Of a stretch of 64,000 bases of DNA, positions 19,237 to 30,138 are shown one piece after another (positions within the stretch are counted from its first letter, which is position 1; each line of letters starts with the position of its first letter). The DNA comes from Elusimicrobiota bacterium (GTDB taxonomy: Bacteria > Elusimicrobiota > UBA5214 > JBBAAG01), in assembly GCA_041658405.1 (NCBI GenBank), contig JBBAAG010000001.1, positions 43,386 to 107,385 on the forward strand, written 5' to 3'. The position numbers were made by a program, and so were the translations under genes. Under the pieces are notes generated by a model. It did not search any database. It was not told the origin of the DNA and saw nothing but the letters and a program-made list of their open reading frames with translations.

Positions 19237-20991
19237 CTATTTCAACACCGCGCCGGTATTTGCTGAAGATACAAGTTTTGCGTACCGCGAAAGATAGCCC
19301 GTGCGTACCTTTGGTTGTAACGGTTTAACTTTTGCTGTACGGATTTTTATATCCGCATCTGTCAGCCGTACAGTAAGCATACGGTTTGGGATATCAATTG
19401 TTATCATATCACCGTCCTCAACCACTGCGATCGGCCCGTTATCCGCAGCTTCCGGAGAAATATGCCCGATACACGGACCGCGGGTACCACCGGAGAATCT
19501 GCCGTCAGTAATTAATGCTACGGATTCAGATAAGCCCATCCCTACAATTGCGGAGGTGGGGGATAACATTTCACGCATACCCGGCCCGCCCTTCGGTCCT
19601 TCATGCCGGATAACTATTACAACGCCTTTATCAATTTTTTTGTCAGTGATAGCTTTCATTGCATCAGCTTCGCTGTTGAACACTTTGGCTTTACCTGTAA
19701 ATGTAAGCATTTTATCTTTAACAGCGGACTGTTTTACTACCGCGCCATCCGGTGCGAGATTGCCATGGAGTATCGCAATCCCGCCTTGTTTACCAAACGG
19801 ATTATTTAATGATCTAATAATCTCGGGATCCAAGACTTTACCACTCGCCGCGATTTCTGTTATATCCCTGCCACTGACAGTAGCTGCGGTGTTTAGTTTA
19901 CTTTTTAAGACTGATAGTACCGCTGAAATACCGCCTGCGCGGTCAAGGTCTTCCATATACACATCCCCCGCGGGTTCAAGACGAACAATATTGGGGGTTG
20001 TTCTTGAGATATCATCAAACTTTTTTAATGGTAACTCTATCCCGCATTCACGCGCGATTGCCGGAAGGTGAAGAACCGTATTTGTTGACCCGCCAAGCGC
20101 CATGTCCGCCATAATAGCGTTATTAAACGCTTTCTCCGTCATTATACGTTTTGGGAGTAACGTTTGTTTTTCTATGAGTTCCACCACACGCATACCGGAA
20201 TCATAGGCAATACGCCGTTTCTTTGCAGAGACCGCCGGCGCTGTTGCGCAACCCGGTAAACTCATACCCATTACTTCAGTTAAACACGCCATAGTATTGG
20301 CAGTGTATAATCCCTGGCATGAGCCCGCACCGGGACATGCACAGATTTCCACTGCGGATAGTGCAGCGTCATCCATTTTCCCGGCGGAGTACAACCCTAC
20401 CGCCTCAAATGTATCGCGTACTAAAGACCTGTGTTTACCCGCATGAAAACCCGCAAGCATCGGCCCGGCAGTAACTACGATTGATGGTATATTCAACCGT
20501 GCAACTGCCATAAGCATACCCGGGGTTATTTTATCACAGTTTGTCAGGAGTATCAGCCCGTCAAGCCCGTGTGCGCGTGCAACGCATTCTATGGAGTCCG
20601 TGATTAATTCACGGCTGGGTAATGAATAACTCATGCCTTCGTGTCCCATGGCAATACCGTCACAGATTGCGGGTAAGCCAAAAATAAAGGGTGTCCCGCC
20701 TGCAGCGGCAACTCCCCGTTCTACCCAGCGTTCAAGATCACGTATGTTTATATGTCCCGGTACGAGGTCACTGAAACTCGACGCTATACCAACAAACGGT
20801 TTATCAATCTGTCCTTTAGTCAATCCTGTAGCATATAATAACGCGCGATGCGGTGCGCGTTGATATCCTTCTTTCACCGCACGGCTGTTAAATGACGGTA
20901 CCAGTTTTTTTTCGTCCTTACCTGTCTGCACAGTACCCGCTTTTTTTGATGACTTAACACTTTTCTTACTATTTTTTCCTGACATTTCCAA
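19237..20991 (-). CDS. ilvD: Dihydroxy-acid dehydratase (with Lys-rich N-terminal extension or later true start)
   Basis: The ILVD/EDD family core is present (CDKITPG, SGGT...). The 23-bp overlap with the upstream gene suggests the real start is slightly internal. Confidence 0.85.
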   Translation of the reverse strand: MEMSGKNSKKSVKSSKKAGTVQTGKDEKKLVPSFNSRAVKEGYQRAPHRALLYATGLTKGQIDKPFVGIASSFSDLVPGHINIRDLERWVERGVAAAGGTPFIFGLPAICDGIAMGHEGMSYSLPSRELITDSIECVARAHGLDGLILLTNCDKITPGMLMAVARLNIPSIVVTAGPMLAGFHAGKHRSLVRDTFEAVGLYSAGKMDDAALSAVEICACPGAGSCQGLYTANTMACLTEVMGMSLPGCATAPAVSAKKRRIAYDSGMRVVELIEKQTLLPKRIMTEKAFNNAIMADMALGGSTNTVLHLPAIARECGIELPLKKFDDISRTTPNIVRLEPAGDVYMEDLDRAGGISAVLSVLKSKLNTAATVSGRDITEIAASGKVLDPEIIRSLNNPFGKQGGIAILHGNLAPDGAVVKQSAVKDKMLTFTGKAKVFNSEADAMKAITDKKIDKGVVIVIRHEGPKGGPGMREMLSPTSAIVGMGLSESVALITDGRFSGGTRGPCIGHISPEAADNGPIAVVEDGDMITIDIPNRMLTVRLTDADIKIRTAKVKPLQPKVRTGYLSRYAKLVSSANTGAVLK

Positions 20992-22567
20992 ACTCTCCCC
21001 TCTTCTTCAATAATTTGTATTCAATTGCATCTACTAACGCTATTAAACTCGCTTCAATAATGTTTTCTGATACTCCTATGGTAGTCCAGGTGTCTTTTCT
21101 ATCACGTGATTCTATTAACACACGCACCTTCGCTGCGGTACCGGCTTTTGCGTCAATCACACGTACCTTGAAGTCTGACAGGCTCATATCCGCGAGTTCT
21201 TTATAAAACTTGGCTAATGCTTTCCTCAACGCAGTATCCAGCGCGTTTACCGGCCCGTCGCCATCCGCGGCAGTATGTTCTGTCTGGCCGTTAACTTTAA
21301 CTTTAACCGTAGCTTCCGACCTCCACCCGCCTTTTTCTTCTTTCTCAATGATCACCCGCATGCCTTCCAGGTCAAATAACGGGACATACTGTTTCAATGT
21401 TTTACGCAGTAATAATTCAAACGATTCCTCTGCTGCTTCAAATTGATACCCTTGTTTTTCCAAATTTTTTACGGTATTCAACACTTTTTTTGCGGTATCA
21501 TCATCTTTACCGTTACTCAATTTTAAGTCCGTCATTTTTTGGAGGACATTACTTTTCCCGGAATATTCGGAGATAAGAATTTTTCTTGTATTCCCAACAT
21601 CCTCCGGTTTTATATGTTCATAGGTTCCTGTATGCCGGCTGACCGCGCTCGCGTGGATACCGCCCTTATGCGCAAACGCTGCGGTACCAACATACGGCTG
21701 GTAATCATTGGGGACCATATTTGCTATCTCCGAAACATACCTCGAAAGTTCTGTCAGGTTCATAATTTTTTCGGGGGATACACAGTTATACCCGAGTTTT
21801 ATCTGCAGGTTCGGCAGTATCGCACAGAGATCGGCATTCCCGCAGCGTTCGCCATAACCGTTAATCGTTCCCTGGACAAGCGTTGCGCCTTCCATAACAG
21901 CGGTAACACTGTTCGCTATCCCGCAGCCGGAATCATTATGCGCGTGTATGCCAAGCGGTACACAGCGTACCTGCATGCGTACGTACCGCATAATATCCTG
22001 TATCTGCCCCGGGAGCATACCGCCATTAGTATCACACAAAGTAAGATTTACTGCACCCGCGGATGCCGCGGTTTTAAGGACTTCCACAGCGTACTCGCGG
22101 TTATTGATGAAACCATCAAAAAAATGTTCCGCATCAAAGATAACATCCATACCTTTACTTTTGAGGAACCCGATTGAATCACGGACCATACAAAGGTTGT
22201 TCTCTAATGTAGTCTTTAACGCGTGAGTTACATGCAGCGCCCAGGATTTACCGAATATACTTGCCACCGCAGTTTTGGCGTTCACCGTGGCAATAAGGTT
22301 AGGGTCGTTCTCCGGTTTATTATCCTTATGCCGGGTGGAACAAAACGCAACTACTTTCGCGTGGGTAAGTTTTACCGTCCTTGCACGTACAAAAAATTCG
22401 CTGTCTTTCGGGTTTGAGCCCGGCCATCCGCCTTCTACGTAATCAATCCCGAACTTGTCTAATGCGAGTAATATTTTTATTTTATCTTCTACTGATAACG
22501 ACACCCCCAGAGCCTGTGCGCCGTCACGTAGGGTTACATCAAAGACGGATATCTTGCTGGTTTTCAT
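20969..22567 (-). CDS. cimA: LeuA-family 2-isopropylmalate/(R)-citramalate synthase (CimA-like, with LeuA dimerisation domain)
   Basis: [25 protein letters not shown]...[13 protein letters not shown] resembles Geobacter-type citramalate synthase. It has a HMGL-like barrel and a C-terminal regulatory domain. Confidence 0.7.
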   Translation of the reverse strand: MKTSKISVFDVTLRDGAQALGVSLSVEDKIKILLALDKFGIDYVEGGWPGSNPKDSEFFVRARTVKLTHAKVVAFCSTRHKDNKPENDPNLIATVNAKTAVASIFGKSWALHVTHALKTTLENNLCMVRDSIGFLKSKGMDVIFDAEHFFDGFINNREYAVEVLKTAASAGAVNLTLCDTNGGMLPGQIQDIMRYVRMQVRCVPLGIHAHNDSGCGIANSVTAVMEGATLVQGTINGYGERCGNADLCAILPNLQIKLGYNCVSPEKIMNLTELSRYVSEIANMVPNDYQPYVGTAAFAHKGGIHASAVSRHTGTYEHIKPEDVGNTRKILISEYSGKSNVLQKMTDLKLSNGKDDDTAKKVLNTVKNLEKQGYQFEAAEESFELLLRKTLKQYVPLFDLEGMRVIIEKEEKGGWRSEATVKVKVNGQTEHTAADGDGPVNALDTALRKALAKFYKELADMSLSDFKVRVIDAKAGTAAKVRVLIESRDRKDTWTTIGVSENIIEASLIALVDAIEYKLLKKRGEFGNVRKK

Positions 22568-22587
22568 ATATCAAATAATTCCCTGTT

Positions 22588-23811
22588 TCATCCCTGGCGT
22601 TTAGCAAGGCCAAATGCTTCATGCAAAACTCTCACTGCGTGTATAATATCCGCGCTGTCTACCATACACGAAATCTTTATCTCGCTGGTGGAGATCATTT
22701 CAATATTAATCTTTTCTTTTGCCAGGGCACTGAACATCTTTGCAGCGACACCCGCATGGCTGCGCATGCCAACCCCTACGATTGAAACTTTTGCAACGTC
22801 TTTATCACAGAGAACATCTTTTGCACCGATTTCTTTTTTTAATTTCGCGAGTATCGGTAAAACTTTATCCAAATCATGTTTTGATACCGTAAACGATATA
22901 TCGTTAGAACGGTCCTGTGCGGCAGATTGTATGATCATATCTACCATAATATTAGCTTTCCCAAGCTCGCTAAAAATCTTAGCTGCAACACCGGGTTTAT
23001 CCGGTAAGTCAGTGATTGACAGTTTTGCCTGGTCTTTATCAAACGCAACGCTGGAGACTACTACTTCTTCCATATTATTTACCTCCCTGCGAACAATTGT
23101 ACCTTTCTCCGTAGAAAATGTTGAGCGTATATGCAGAACAACATTATATTTTTTTGCTACTTCAATTGACCGTGCCTGCATTACCTGCGCGCCGGAACCT
23201 GCCATCTCAAGCATTTCGTCATAACTTATAGCATCAATCTTCCGCGCGTCAGGTACTACCCGCGGGTCGGTGGTATACACGCCTTTGACGTCAGTAAATA
23301 TTTCGCATTCATCCGCTTTCAATGCCGCGGCTAATGCTACAGCCGTAAGGTCAGAACCTCCCCGTCCAAGAGTTGTTATATCGCGGTTGGGGTTTTGTCC
23401 CTGGAAACCTGCAACTATGACAATTTTATTTTTTTGTAATTCCTTATAAATTTTTGTGGGTATAATCCGCGTAATCCTTGCTTTTGTATGAGTACGGTCC
23501 GCATAAATACCTGCTTGCGGGCCGGTTAATGAGATTGATTCCTGCCCGAGTTCACGGATTGCCATCGCTAATAATGCGATTGATACTTGTTCACCCGTTG
23601 CAAGCAGCATATCCATCTCACGGTCGGACGGGTTCTCTGTAATCTCCTTCGCTTTTGCGATAAGGTCGTCTGTCATGTCTCCCGGAGCGGAAACTACAAC
23701 TACTACCTTATTTCCGCGTTTTTGTACTTCAATAACCCGTGATGCTACATGTTTTACTTTAACAGTATCCGCGACGGATGAACCGCCGAATTTCATTACA
23801 ATAAGTGCCAT
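22588..23811 (-). CDS. lysC: Aspartate kinase (with C-terminal ACT domains)
   Basis: MALIVMKFGGSSVADTVKV is the AAK-family N-terminus. Length is 407 aa. Confidence 0.85.
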   Translation of the reverse strand: MALIVMKFGGSSVADTVKVKHVASRVIEVQKRGNKVVVVVSAPGDMTDDLIAKAKEITENPSDREMDMLLATGEQVSIALLAMAIRELGQESISLTGPQAGIYADRTHTKARITRIIPTKIYKELQKNKIVIVAGFQGQNPNRDITTLGRGGSDLTAVALAAALKADECEIFTDVKGVYTTDPRVVPDARKIDAISYDEMLEMAGSGAQVMQARSIEVAKKYNVVLHIRSTFSTEKGTIVRREVNNMEEVVVSSVAFDKDQAKLSITDLPDKPGVAAKIFSELGKANIMVDMIIQSAAQDRSNDISFTVSKHDLDKVLPILAKLKKEIGAKDVLCDKDVAKVSIVGVGMRSHAGVAAKMFSALAKEKINIEMISTSEIKISCMVDSADIIHAVRVLHEAFGLAKRQG

Positions 23812-23847
23812 AATCTTTTAACGGTACTCCTGATAAATAAAATAATC

Positions 23848-24801
23848 CTAAACTTTTTCCACCCTATACCCTGTATCATCTATCTCCAACACTTTATACG
23901 ACGCAAGAACATTATACTTTTTCCACGCTGATACCATACGCTCACCGATGATACTCCCTGTTTTCTTACTTTCCGTTACTGCCAGCATTGTCGGGCCAGC
24001 GCCGCTGAGCGCGACACCCATTGCGCCGGCACGTTTTGCTGCAGCATAAACTTTATAAAAACCGGGGATAAGTTTTGAACGGTATGGTTGGTGTAGTTTG
24101 TCTCTCATCCCAAAATCCAGTAATCGCAGATTACCAGTTATAAACGCTGTGGTTACCATACCTACTCTTGCACAGTTATACACAGCGTTACGCATAGGTA
24201 TATTTTTTGGTAATACCGCCCGTGCTTTCTTCGTCGTGAGTTCAAATCCCGGTATACACGTTATGGCATAAATTTTACTTTTTATTTTGTCAAACTTTAT
24301 GTACCCGATCTTTTTGTCTTCTATATATGACAAACACACTCCTCCGACAATTGCAGGGACAACATTATCCGGATGCCCTTCAAGTTTAGATGCCATATTA
24401 ATAATATCTTCAGTTGTAAACCTGTCATTCAACACCGCGTTTACCGCGGTAATACCGCCTACTCTTGCCGCAGCGCTGCTGCCTAACCCGCGGGTTACCG
24501 GTATGTTATTCACAAGCTTAAGGCTTACCCCTGCAGAATGTATCCCCGCTTTTTTTAGTGCAACTTTGATAGCGGTGAATACCACGTTATCCTGTGTCTT
24601 CGAAATGCTTTCACAACCCTCACCCAGGATATGGATATTCTTAAGCACCACTCCACCTTTTTTCACGGAGGGGGATAAAGTATCGATCTCCACATCAACG
24701 GTATTATATAAGCCCACCGCCATGCCCAGACAGTCAAACCCTGACCCGAGATTACCGCTGGTTGCGGGGATTGTAACTCTTACCGCACGTTTAAATCCCA
24801 T
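23848..24801 (-). CDS. thrB: Homoserine kinase (GHMP kinase)
   Basis: IPATSGNLGSGFDCLG is the GHMP motif. Size is 317 aa. Confidence 0.8.
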   Translation of the reverse strand: MGFKRAVRVTIPATSGNLGSGFDCLGMAVGLYNTVDVEIDTLSPSVKKGGVVLKNIHILGEGCESISKTQDNVVFTAIKVALKKAGIHSAGVSLKLVNNIPVTRGLGSSAAARVGGITAVNAVLNDRFTTEDIINMASKLEGHPDNVVPAIVGGVCLSYIEDKKIGYIKFDKIKSKIYAITCIPGFELTTKKARAVLPKNIPMRNAVYNCARVGMVTTAFITGNLRLLDFGMRDKLHQPYRSKLIPGFYKVYAAAKRAGAMGVALSGAGPTMLAVTESKKTGSIIGERMVSAWKKYNVLASYKVLEIDDTGYRVEKV

Positions 24802-26071
24802 ACTTGCTTATTTCCCGCATTGCACAAAATGTGCCGCACATTGTGCAGACTTCTTTATCCTTCGGTACCGACTTACTGCGTTCCTCATGTACTTTACGCG
24901 GATCTATCGCTAACCTTTCCTGGGTTGCCCAGTCAAGGTTTTTCCGTGCTTTAGAAAATTTTTTGTCCCACTCAAATGCCGGTTTTAATCCTTTTGCTAT
25001 ATCACCTGCGTGGCCGGCAATACGCGCAGCTATGATACCGTTATGTACATCCTGAATATCAGGCAACCGCAGATGTTCCGCCGGAGTTACATAACAAATA
25101 AAATCCGCACCTGCTGCAGCGGCTACAGTACCGCCGATAGCTGCAGTTATATGATCATACCCCGGTGCGATGTCTGTTACTAACGGTCCCAGAAGATAAT
25201 ATGGCGCGTTATGCGTAAGGCGTTTTTGTAGTTTCACGTGTGGAACTATTTTATCTAATTGCATATGCCCCGGGCCTTCAACTATGACACTCACTCCTTC
25301 TTTCCTCGCGGCAGTAACCATTCCCGCTAAAATGTGTAGTTCAGATAGTTGAGCATTATCATCAGCATCCGCTAATGCACCCGGGCGTAAACCGTCACCC
25401 AGGCTCAGGGTAACATTATATTTCTTCGCAATTTCAAGTACTCGTTCAAAGTTCTGGTATAACGGATTCTCTTTATTATTCGCAAGCATCCATCCTGCGA
25501 GAAACGCACCGCCACGGCTTACTATCCCGCAGATACGTTTATGTTTTCTCAACCTCTTCACAGTTGAGAGTGTAACCCCGCAATGTACCGTCATAAAATC
25601 TACGCCGTCACTCGCATGGCGTTCAAGCGCGGAAAATAAGGTTTCCGGATCCATTTTGTGGACGGGTAAACCTCTGCGTGATGTCTCAACAATTGCCTGG
25701 TAAACCGGGACTGTACCTACAGGAATCGGTGATTCTTTTATTACCATAGCACGGATTTTGTTGAGGTTACCCCCGCAGGAAAGATCCATCACGGCATCAG
25801 CTTTTGCTGCAACAACCGCTGCGAGTTTCTCGCGTTCTTTTTCAATTGATGAACAATCAGTCGAAGTTCCGATATTGGCATTAACCTTTGTACTCATCCC
25901 TTCACCTACTGCGGAAGGAGTTTTCATTTTTCTTTTAATATTGTTGGTTATAACCACAGTCCCGCGGTTAATACGCGAGATTAGTGTTTTTACGTCAATG
26001 TTTTCCGTTTTTGCAACGGCAGTAAGGTTTACTTTACATTTTTTACTGAGTATATCAGATATTTTTTCCAT
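24791..26071 (-). CDS. thiC: Phosphomethylpyrimidine synthase (radical-SAM ThiC)
   Basis: It has the ThiC core. The C-terminal CTMCGTFCAMREI (Cx2Cx4C) cluster motif is present. Confidence 0.85.
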   Translation of the reverse strand: MEKISDILSKKCKVNLTAVAKTENIDVKTLISRINRGTVVITNNIKRKMKTPSAVGEGMSTKVNANIGTSTDCSSIEKEREKLAAVVAAKADAVMDLSCGGNLNKIRAMVIKESPIPVGTVPVYQAIVETSRRGLPVHKMDPETLFSALERHASDGVDFMTVHCGVTLSTVKRLRKHKRICGIVSRGGAFLAGWMLANNKENPLYQNFERVLEIAKKYNVTLSLGDGLRPGALADADDNAQLSELHILAGMVTAARKEGVSVIVEGPGHMQLDKIVPHVKLQKRLTHNAPYYLLGPLVTDIAPGYDHITAAIGGTVAAAAGADFICYVTPAEHLRLPDIQDVHNGIIAARIAGHAGDIAKGLKPAFEWDKKFSKARKNLDWATQERLAIDPRKVHEERSKSVPKDKEVCTMCGTFCAMREISKYGI

Positions 26072-26092
26072 ATTATTACAACCAATCCTTCC

Positions 26093-26545
26093 CTATATTA
26101 CCTTGCTTTTTTTACGCCGCCGGGGTTTAACTTTATTAATGTTAATAAGTTTCACCACCTGTTTCTCTAGGCTGTAAAGCCTGAACCTTATTCTTTGCAG
26201 GTCACTCACTGCGTCACGAGATAATAACCTGCTGTACTCTTCTAAAACACGAACCGCTTCCTGTGCACGGCGAAAATTGCTGGTCACCAGTTCGTGCAGC
26301 GTTTCAAATCCTGTTGATGTAAATTCTTTACCAACATCACCATCGCTATCCCGCGTGGTGATTAACAGGTTATACACCGCAGAACCTATCCTGCTAACCC
26401 TGTGCCTTAACCTGCGGAGATCATTCACAACCTTTTTGTTATCCGCCAGAAACCGTACTGTATCTTCCACCACGCGTAAGCCTTCTCTCGCGCGGTTAAA
26501 GTTTGCGTCAATTAATCGGTAATACTTACTACTTTTTTTTCCCAT
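26093..26545 (-). CDS. Conserved hypothetical protein (YYRLIDANFNRAREGLRVVED...), possibly thiamine-related accessory domain
   Basis: It is 150 aa, directly upstream of thiC with a 21-bp gap. I cannot assign a family without a search. Confidence 0.35.
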   Translation of the reverse strand: MGKKSSKYYRLIDANFNRAREGLRVVEDTVRFLADNKKVVNDLRRLRHRVSRIGSAVYNLLITTRDSDGDVGKEFTSTGFETLHELVTSNFRRAQEAVRVLEEYSRLLSRDAVSDLQRIRFRLYSLEKQVVKLININKVKPRRRKKSKVI

Positions 26546-27014
26546 ATGCGTTCAGTATTTTTTTAATAATGCCAGTGGTGGATTTCCCGGCAATAACTTT
26601 TATCCGTACAGTTTCCCCTGCAATATCATGGCCTATAATGTCGTTATACTTCCAGTCCCCGCCTTTTACCAGGATATCCGGTACCAATGCGCGGATAACT
26701 TTCTCCGGTGTGTCTTCGTTATATACCACCACGTGATCCACGGGGGTTAGTGCGGCAAGCATTTTTGCGCGGTCAAGTTCCGGAACTACAGGCCGCTTCG
26801 GGCCTTTTATCCTGCAGACTGATTTATCTGAGTTCAAACCGACTACCAGGATATCGCCTAATTGCTTGCACCGGTAAAAAATCTGTAAATGCCCGGTATG
26901 CAGTATATCAAAACATCCGTTTGTAAACACTACCCGCTTCCCCGCGCGTTTATACCGCCGGGTAAGCGTTACCATTTCCCGCAGGGGGATAAGTTTACTT
27001 TTCCACCAGTTCAT
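26529..27014 (-). CDS. rfaE: D-glycero-beta-D-manno-heptose-1-phosphate adenylyltransferase (RfaE domain II / HldE C-terminal-like cytidylyltransferase)
   Basis: VVFTNGCFDILHTGHLQIF is the cytidylyltransferase HxGH motif. Length is 161 aa. Confidence 0.75.
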   Translation of the reverse strand: MNWWKSKLIPLREMVTLTRRYKRAGKRVVFTNGCFDILHTGHLQIFYRCKQLGDILVVGLNSDKSVCRIKGPKRPVVPELDRAKMLAALTPVDHVVVYNEDTPEKVIRALVPDILVKGGDWKYNDIIGHDIAGETVRIKVIAGKSTTGIIKKILNAYGKKK

Positions 27015-27588
27015 CTTCTACCAACTGGCAAATAATATGCCCCGCTGCAATATGCCCTTCCTGTATCCTTGCTGTTACATCTGACGGGATTTTCAGGCAG
27101 ACATCCACCATTGAACCAATTTTTCCGCCGGACTTACCAGTAAATCCTACCGTCACAGCACCCTGTTTCCGTGCCTGTTTCAGCCCGTGAATAACGTTAA
27201 CAGAATTGCCGCTGGTGGAAAGGCCGATCACAACATCGCCTTTCTCTGCTAGAGCTTCAACCTGGCGGGCAAACATTTGTTTTATTCCCAGGTCGTTCAC
27301 CAGTGCGGTAAGTACTGCGGTGTTGCAGTTTAAAGCCAAAGCCGGTAACCCGCGACGCGTGCGCTGGAACCGCCCGACAAGTTCTGCGGATAGATGCTGA
27401 GAATCACACGCTGACCCGCCGTTACCGAAAAACATGACTTTACGCTTGTTCTTTAAGCAACACGAGATCAACCCGGCTATACGCACAATGTCATCCACAC
27501 AATTGTCCTGTGTATGCTTGAATACATCAATACTTGAGGAAAGACTTGTTAGCACAACTTTTTTCTTTTCTTTAACTGTTAACCGCAT
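26995..27588 (-). CDS. gmhA: Phosphoheptose isomerase (SIS domain)
   Basis: FFGNGGSACDSQHLSAELVGRF is a SIS-domain GmhA motif. Length is 197 aa. Confidence 0.75.
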   Translation of the reverse strand: MRLTVKEKKKVVLTSLSSSIDVFKHTQDNCVDDIVRIAGLISCCLKNKRKVMFFGNGGSACDSQHLSAELVGRFQRTRRGLPALALNCNTAVLTALVNDLGIKQMFARQVEALAEKGDVVIGLSTSGNSVNVIHGLKQARKQGAVTVGFTGKSGGKIGSMVDVCLKIPSDVTARIQEGHIAAGHIICQLVEDELVEK

Positions 27589-27620
27589 AAAAATAATATT
27601 TATTCCTTCCGGCGCAGTGT

Positions 27621-28970
27621 TTACTGCGAAAGTATACGTTTTTGTACAAAGTCTGTACTGACCTTCCCTGCCTGAAACTTTTCGTCATTCATGACTTTTA
27701 TATGGAACGGAATCGTGGTCTTTACGTTTTCAATCACAAACTCGCCTAACGCGCGGCGCATCCGGTCAATTGCGCGTTTACGGTCTTTATCAATAACAAT
27801 AAGTTTTGCGAGTAAACTGTCATAGAAAGACGGTATGGTGTACCCGCTGTATAGGTGCGTATCAACTCTTACCCCAGGACCGCCGGGGGGGATAAACTGC
27901 GTAACTTTACCCGGTGACGGTATAAAATCAAGGTCAGGGTCTTCAGCGTTAATCCTGCATTCAATCACGTGCCCTAGCATACGTGTATTTAAACTTCCAA
28001 CTTCCAGTTTTTCACCTGCAGCGAGACGGATCTGCATCCTTACAAGATCAAGCCCGGTGATCATCTCAGTGACAGTATGTTCCACCTGTATCCTGGTGTT
28101 CATTTCAAGAAAATAAAAGTTTTTTTCTTTATCCAATAAAAACTCTATTGTCCCGACGGTTGTGTACCCCACGGTTTTTGCGCAGCGTATCGCCGCGTGG
28201 CCCATACGTTCCCTGAGCTTGCTGTCCACCGCGGGACACGGTGATTCTTCCACTAATTTCTGGTGCCGACGCTGGATTGAACAATCGCGTTCCGGGAGAT
28301 ATCTTGTCTCCCCGAATTTATCTGCAACAATCTGGAACTCCACATGCCGTGGTTCTTCAATATATTTTTCAAGGTATACCTGAGAATTACCAAAACTTGA
28401 CTTTGCTTCCGCCTGGGCAGTAAGTAATGCGTTATTCAACGCTTCTTCATTTTGAACGACACGCATACCCTTTCCGCCGCCGCCTGCACGGGCTTTCACC
28501 ATTAATGGGAACCCAATCTTTTTCGCGATCTTCAAAAGATTGGGGTCGTCAGCATTAATCGGGCCATCAGTCCCTGGTACTACCGGTACACCTGCTTTTT
28601 TTACGGTTTCACGTGCTTGAATCTTATCACCCATCTTAAGTATCGCGTCTTTTGACGGGCCAATAAATTTGATATTACAGTCCGCGCAGATACCGGCAAA
28701 CTGCGTATTCTCCGCAAGAAAACCGTAGCCCGGATGAATAGCATCCGCACCACTGATCTCCGCAGCTGAGATTATACTCGGGTAATTAAGATAACTTTCA
28801 GTTACAGGTGCCGGGCCTATGCAAATAGATTCATCCGCAAGTTTTACATGCAACGACTCGCGGTCGGCATCGGAATGTATTGCCACGGTCTTTATCCCCA
28901 ACTCCTTACACGCACGGATGATTCGTACTGCTATTTCTCCGCGGTTGGCTATTAACACTTTTTTAAACAT
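27621..28970 (-). CDS. accC: Acetyl-CoA carboxylase, biotin carboxylase subunit
   Basis: [26 protein letters not shown] is the canonical AccC N-terminus. An ATP-grasp domain is present. Confidence 0.9.
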   Translation of the reverse strand: MFKKVLIANRGEIAVRIIRACKELGIKTVAIHSDADRESLHVKLADESICIGPAPVTESYLNYPSIISAAEISGADAIHPGYGFLAENTQFAGICADCNIKFIGPSKDAILKMGDKIQARETVKKAGVPVVPGTDGPINADDPNLLKIAKKIGFPLMVKARAGGGGKGMRVVQNEEALNNALLTAQAEAKSSFGNSQVYLEKYIEEPRHVEFQIVADKFGETRYLPERDCSIQRRHQKLVEESPCPAVDSKLRERMGHAAIRCAKTVGYTTVGTIEFLLDKEKNFYFLEMNTRIQVEHTVTEMITGLDLVRMQIRLAAGEKLEVGSLNTRMLGHVIECRINAEDPDLDFIPSPGKVTQFIPPGGPGVRVDTHLYSGYTIPSFYDSLLAKLIVIDKDRKRAIDRMRRALGEFVIENVKTTIPFHIKVMNDEKFQAGKVSTDFVQKRILSQ

Positions 28971-29003
28971 AATAGGTTCCTTTTAGTTTGTTTTGGGATA
29001 CTA

Positions 29004-29498
29004 TCACTTTTTATCGTCAATCTTATCACCGTTATCCGCGGTGAATTCTACTTCGAACAGATCCTGCCCGTACTCCACAGGACTGCTGTTTTCTACCATA
29101 ATTTTAATGATTTTACCTTTTACATTCGACATAACGTCTTTATTAAGCTTCATTGTTTCTATGATACCAACCTTTTGCCCCGGGGTTATATGGTCGCCTT
29201 CAAGTACCATCGGGGGACGGTCAGTGAGTGACCGGAAAAACCGGCCGACAATCGGTGATTTTATCATCCCGCTTTTCGGGGATTCAACCTTTTCTTCCGC
29301 AGCTTCTTCCGCTTTATCCTTGTCTTTCTGCTGCCGCGCTTTTTCGTCTAACTCTCTCTCCAGAGCTTCCGCCGCAAGAGCTGCGGAATCTTTTGCACGG
29401 CGGAAGTTTATCTTTGTACTCCCATTTTCCCAGCGCAATTCTTCAATATCAGTATTTTTTACGAGCTCCACAAACTTTTTTACGTTGTCTAATTCCAT
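29004..29498 (-). CDS. accB: Biotin carboxyl carrier protein
   Basis: It has the biotinyl-lysine motif IETMKL and lies immediately downstream of efp and upstream of accC. Confidence 0.8.
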   Translation of the reverse strand: MELDNVKKFVELVKNTDIEELRWENGSTKINFRRAKDSAALAAEALERELDEKARQQKDKDKAEEAAEEKVESPKSGMIKSPIVGRFFRSLTDRPPMVLEGDHITPGQKVGIIETMKLNKDVMSNVKGKIIKIMVENSSPVEYGQDLFEVEFTADNGDKIDDKK

Positions 29499-29526
29499 AA
29501 AAATATTTTTGCTCCTATTAAAAAAA

Positions 29527-30087
29527 TTATCCGCGTTCTACGTACTCGCCGGTAGTTGTATCAATAACAACGTATTCATCTTCTTTGATAAACAACGGTA
29601 CCTGGATTTCGTATCCGGTTTCCAGTGTCGCAGGTTTTGTGGCATTCGCTACGGTATCACCGCGCGCGCCGGGTGCGGTGCTTGTGATTTTTAGCCTTAC
29701 CTTCGGAGGTAATTCCACACCGATAATTTTGTCATCTAAATACAAAACGTCAAGCGTTGCGTTCTCAACAATAAAGTTCAACGCGTTAGTTATCATCTCT
29801 TTATTGATCGGCACCTGTTCATACGTTTCCTGGTCCATAAAATAGTACATACCGTTTTCTACGTATAAGTACGTTTTGGGACGTTTTTCTAGGGATAATT
29901 CGCGGAAACGTTCCCCTGACTTAAACGAACGCTCAACCGTTGAACCTGTACGGAGATTACGCATTTTTGTGCGCATAATCCCGCCACCTTTCCCAGGTTT
30001 ATGATGCTGGAACCATACTACGGTATACGGTTCTCCTTCCACTTCAATGTTTAAACCATTATGAAAATCTGATGTATCTACTGCCAT
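29527..30087 (-). CDS. efp: Elongation factor P
   Basis: FQHHKPGKGGGIMRTKMRNLRTG is the KOW-like region of EF-P. Length is 186 aa. Confidence 0.9.
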   Translation of the reverse strand: MAVDTSDFHNGLNIEVEGEPYTVVWFQHHKPGKGGGIMRTKMRNLRTGSTVERSFKSGERFRELSLEKRPKTYLYVENGMYYFMDQETYEQVPINKEMITNALNFIVENATLDVLYLDDKIIGVELPPKVRLKITSTAPGARGDTVANATKPATLETGYEIQVPLFIKEDEYVVIDTTTGEYVERG

Positions 30088-30138
30088 CTTTGCGTTCTAC
30101 TCCTTTATCTATCCCTATACATCCCTGTCTTCGATTTT

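Noticed and set aside
19237-20991. Lys-rich 40-aa N-terminal extension of IlvD ([29 protein letters not shown]) as a possible fused domain
   Set aside because: It overlaps the upstream cimA/leuA 3' end by 23 bp. It more likely reflects an over-extended ORF call with a real start nearer the conserved IlvD N-terminus. It cannot be resolved without alignment.
26072-26092. Expected TPP (THI-box) riboswitch upstream of thiC
   Set aside because: Only 21 bp separate thiC from the preceding gene, and no CTGAGA/ACCTGATC-like THI-box elements were seen. A distal element outside the inspected region cannot be excluded.
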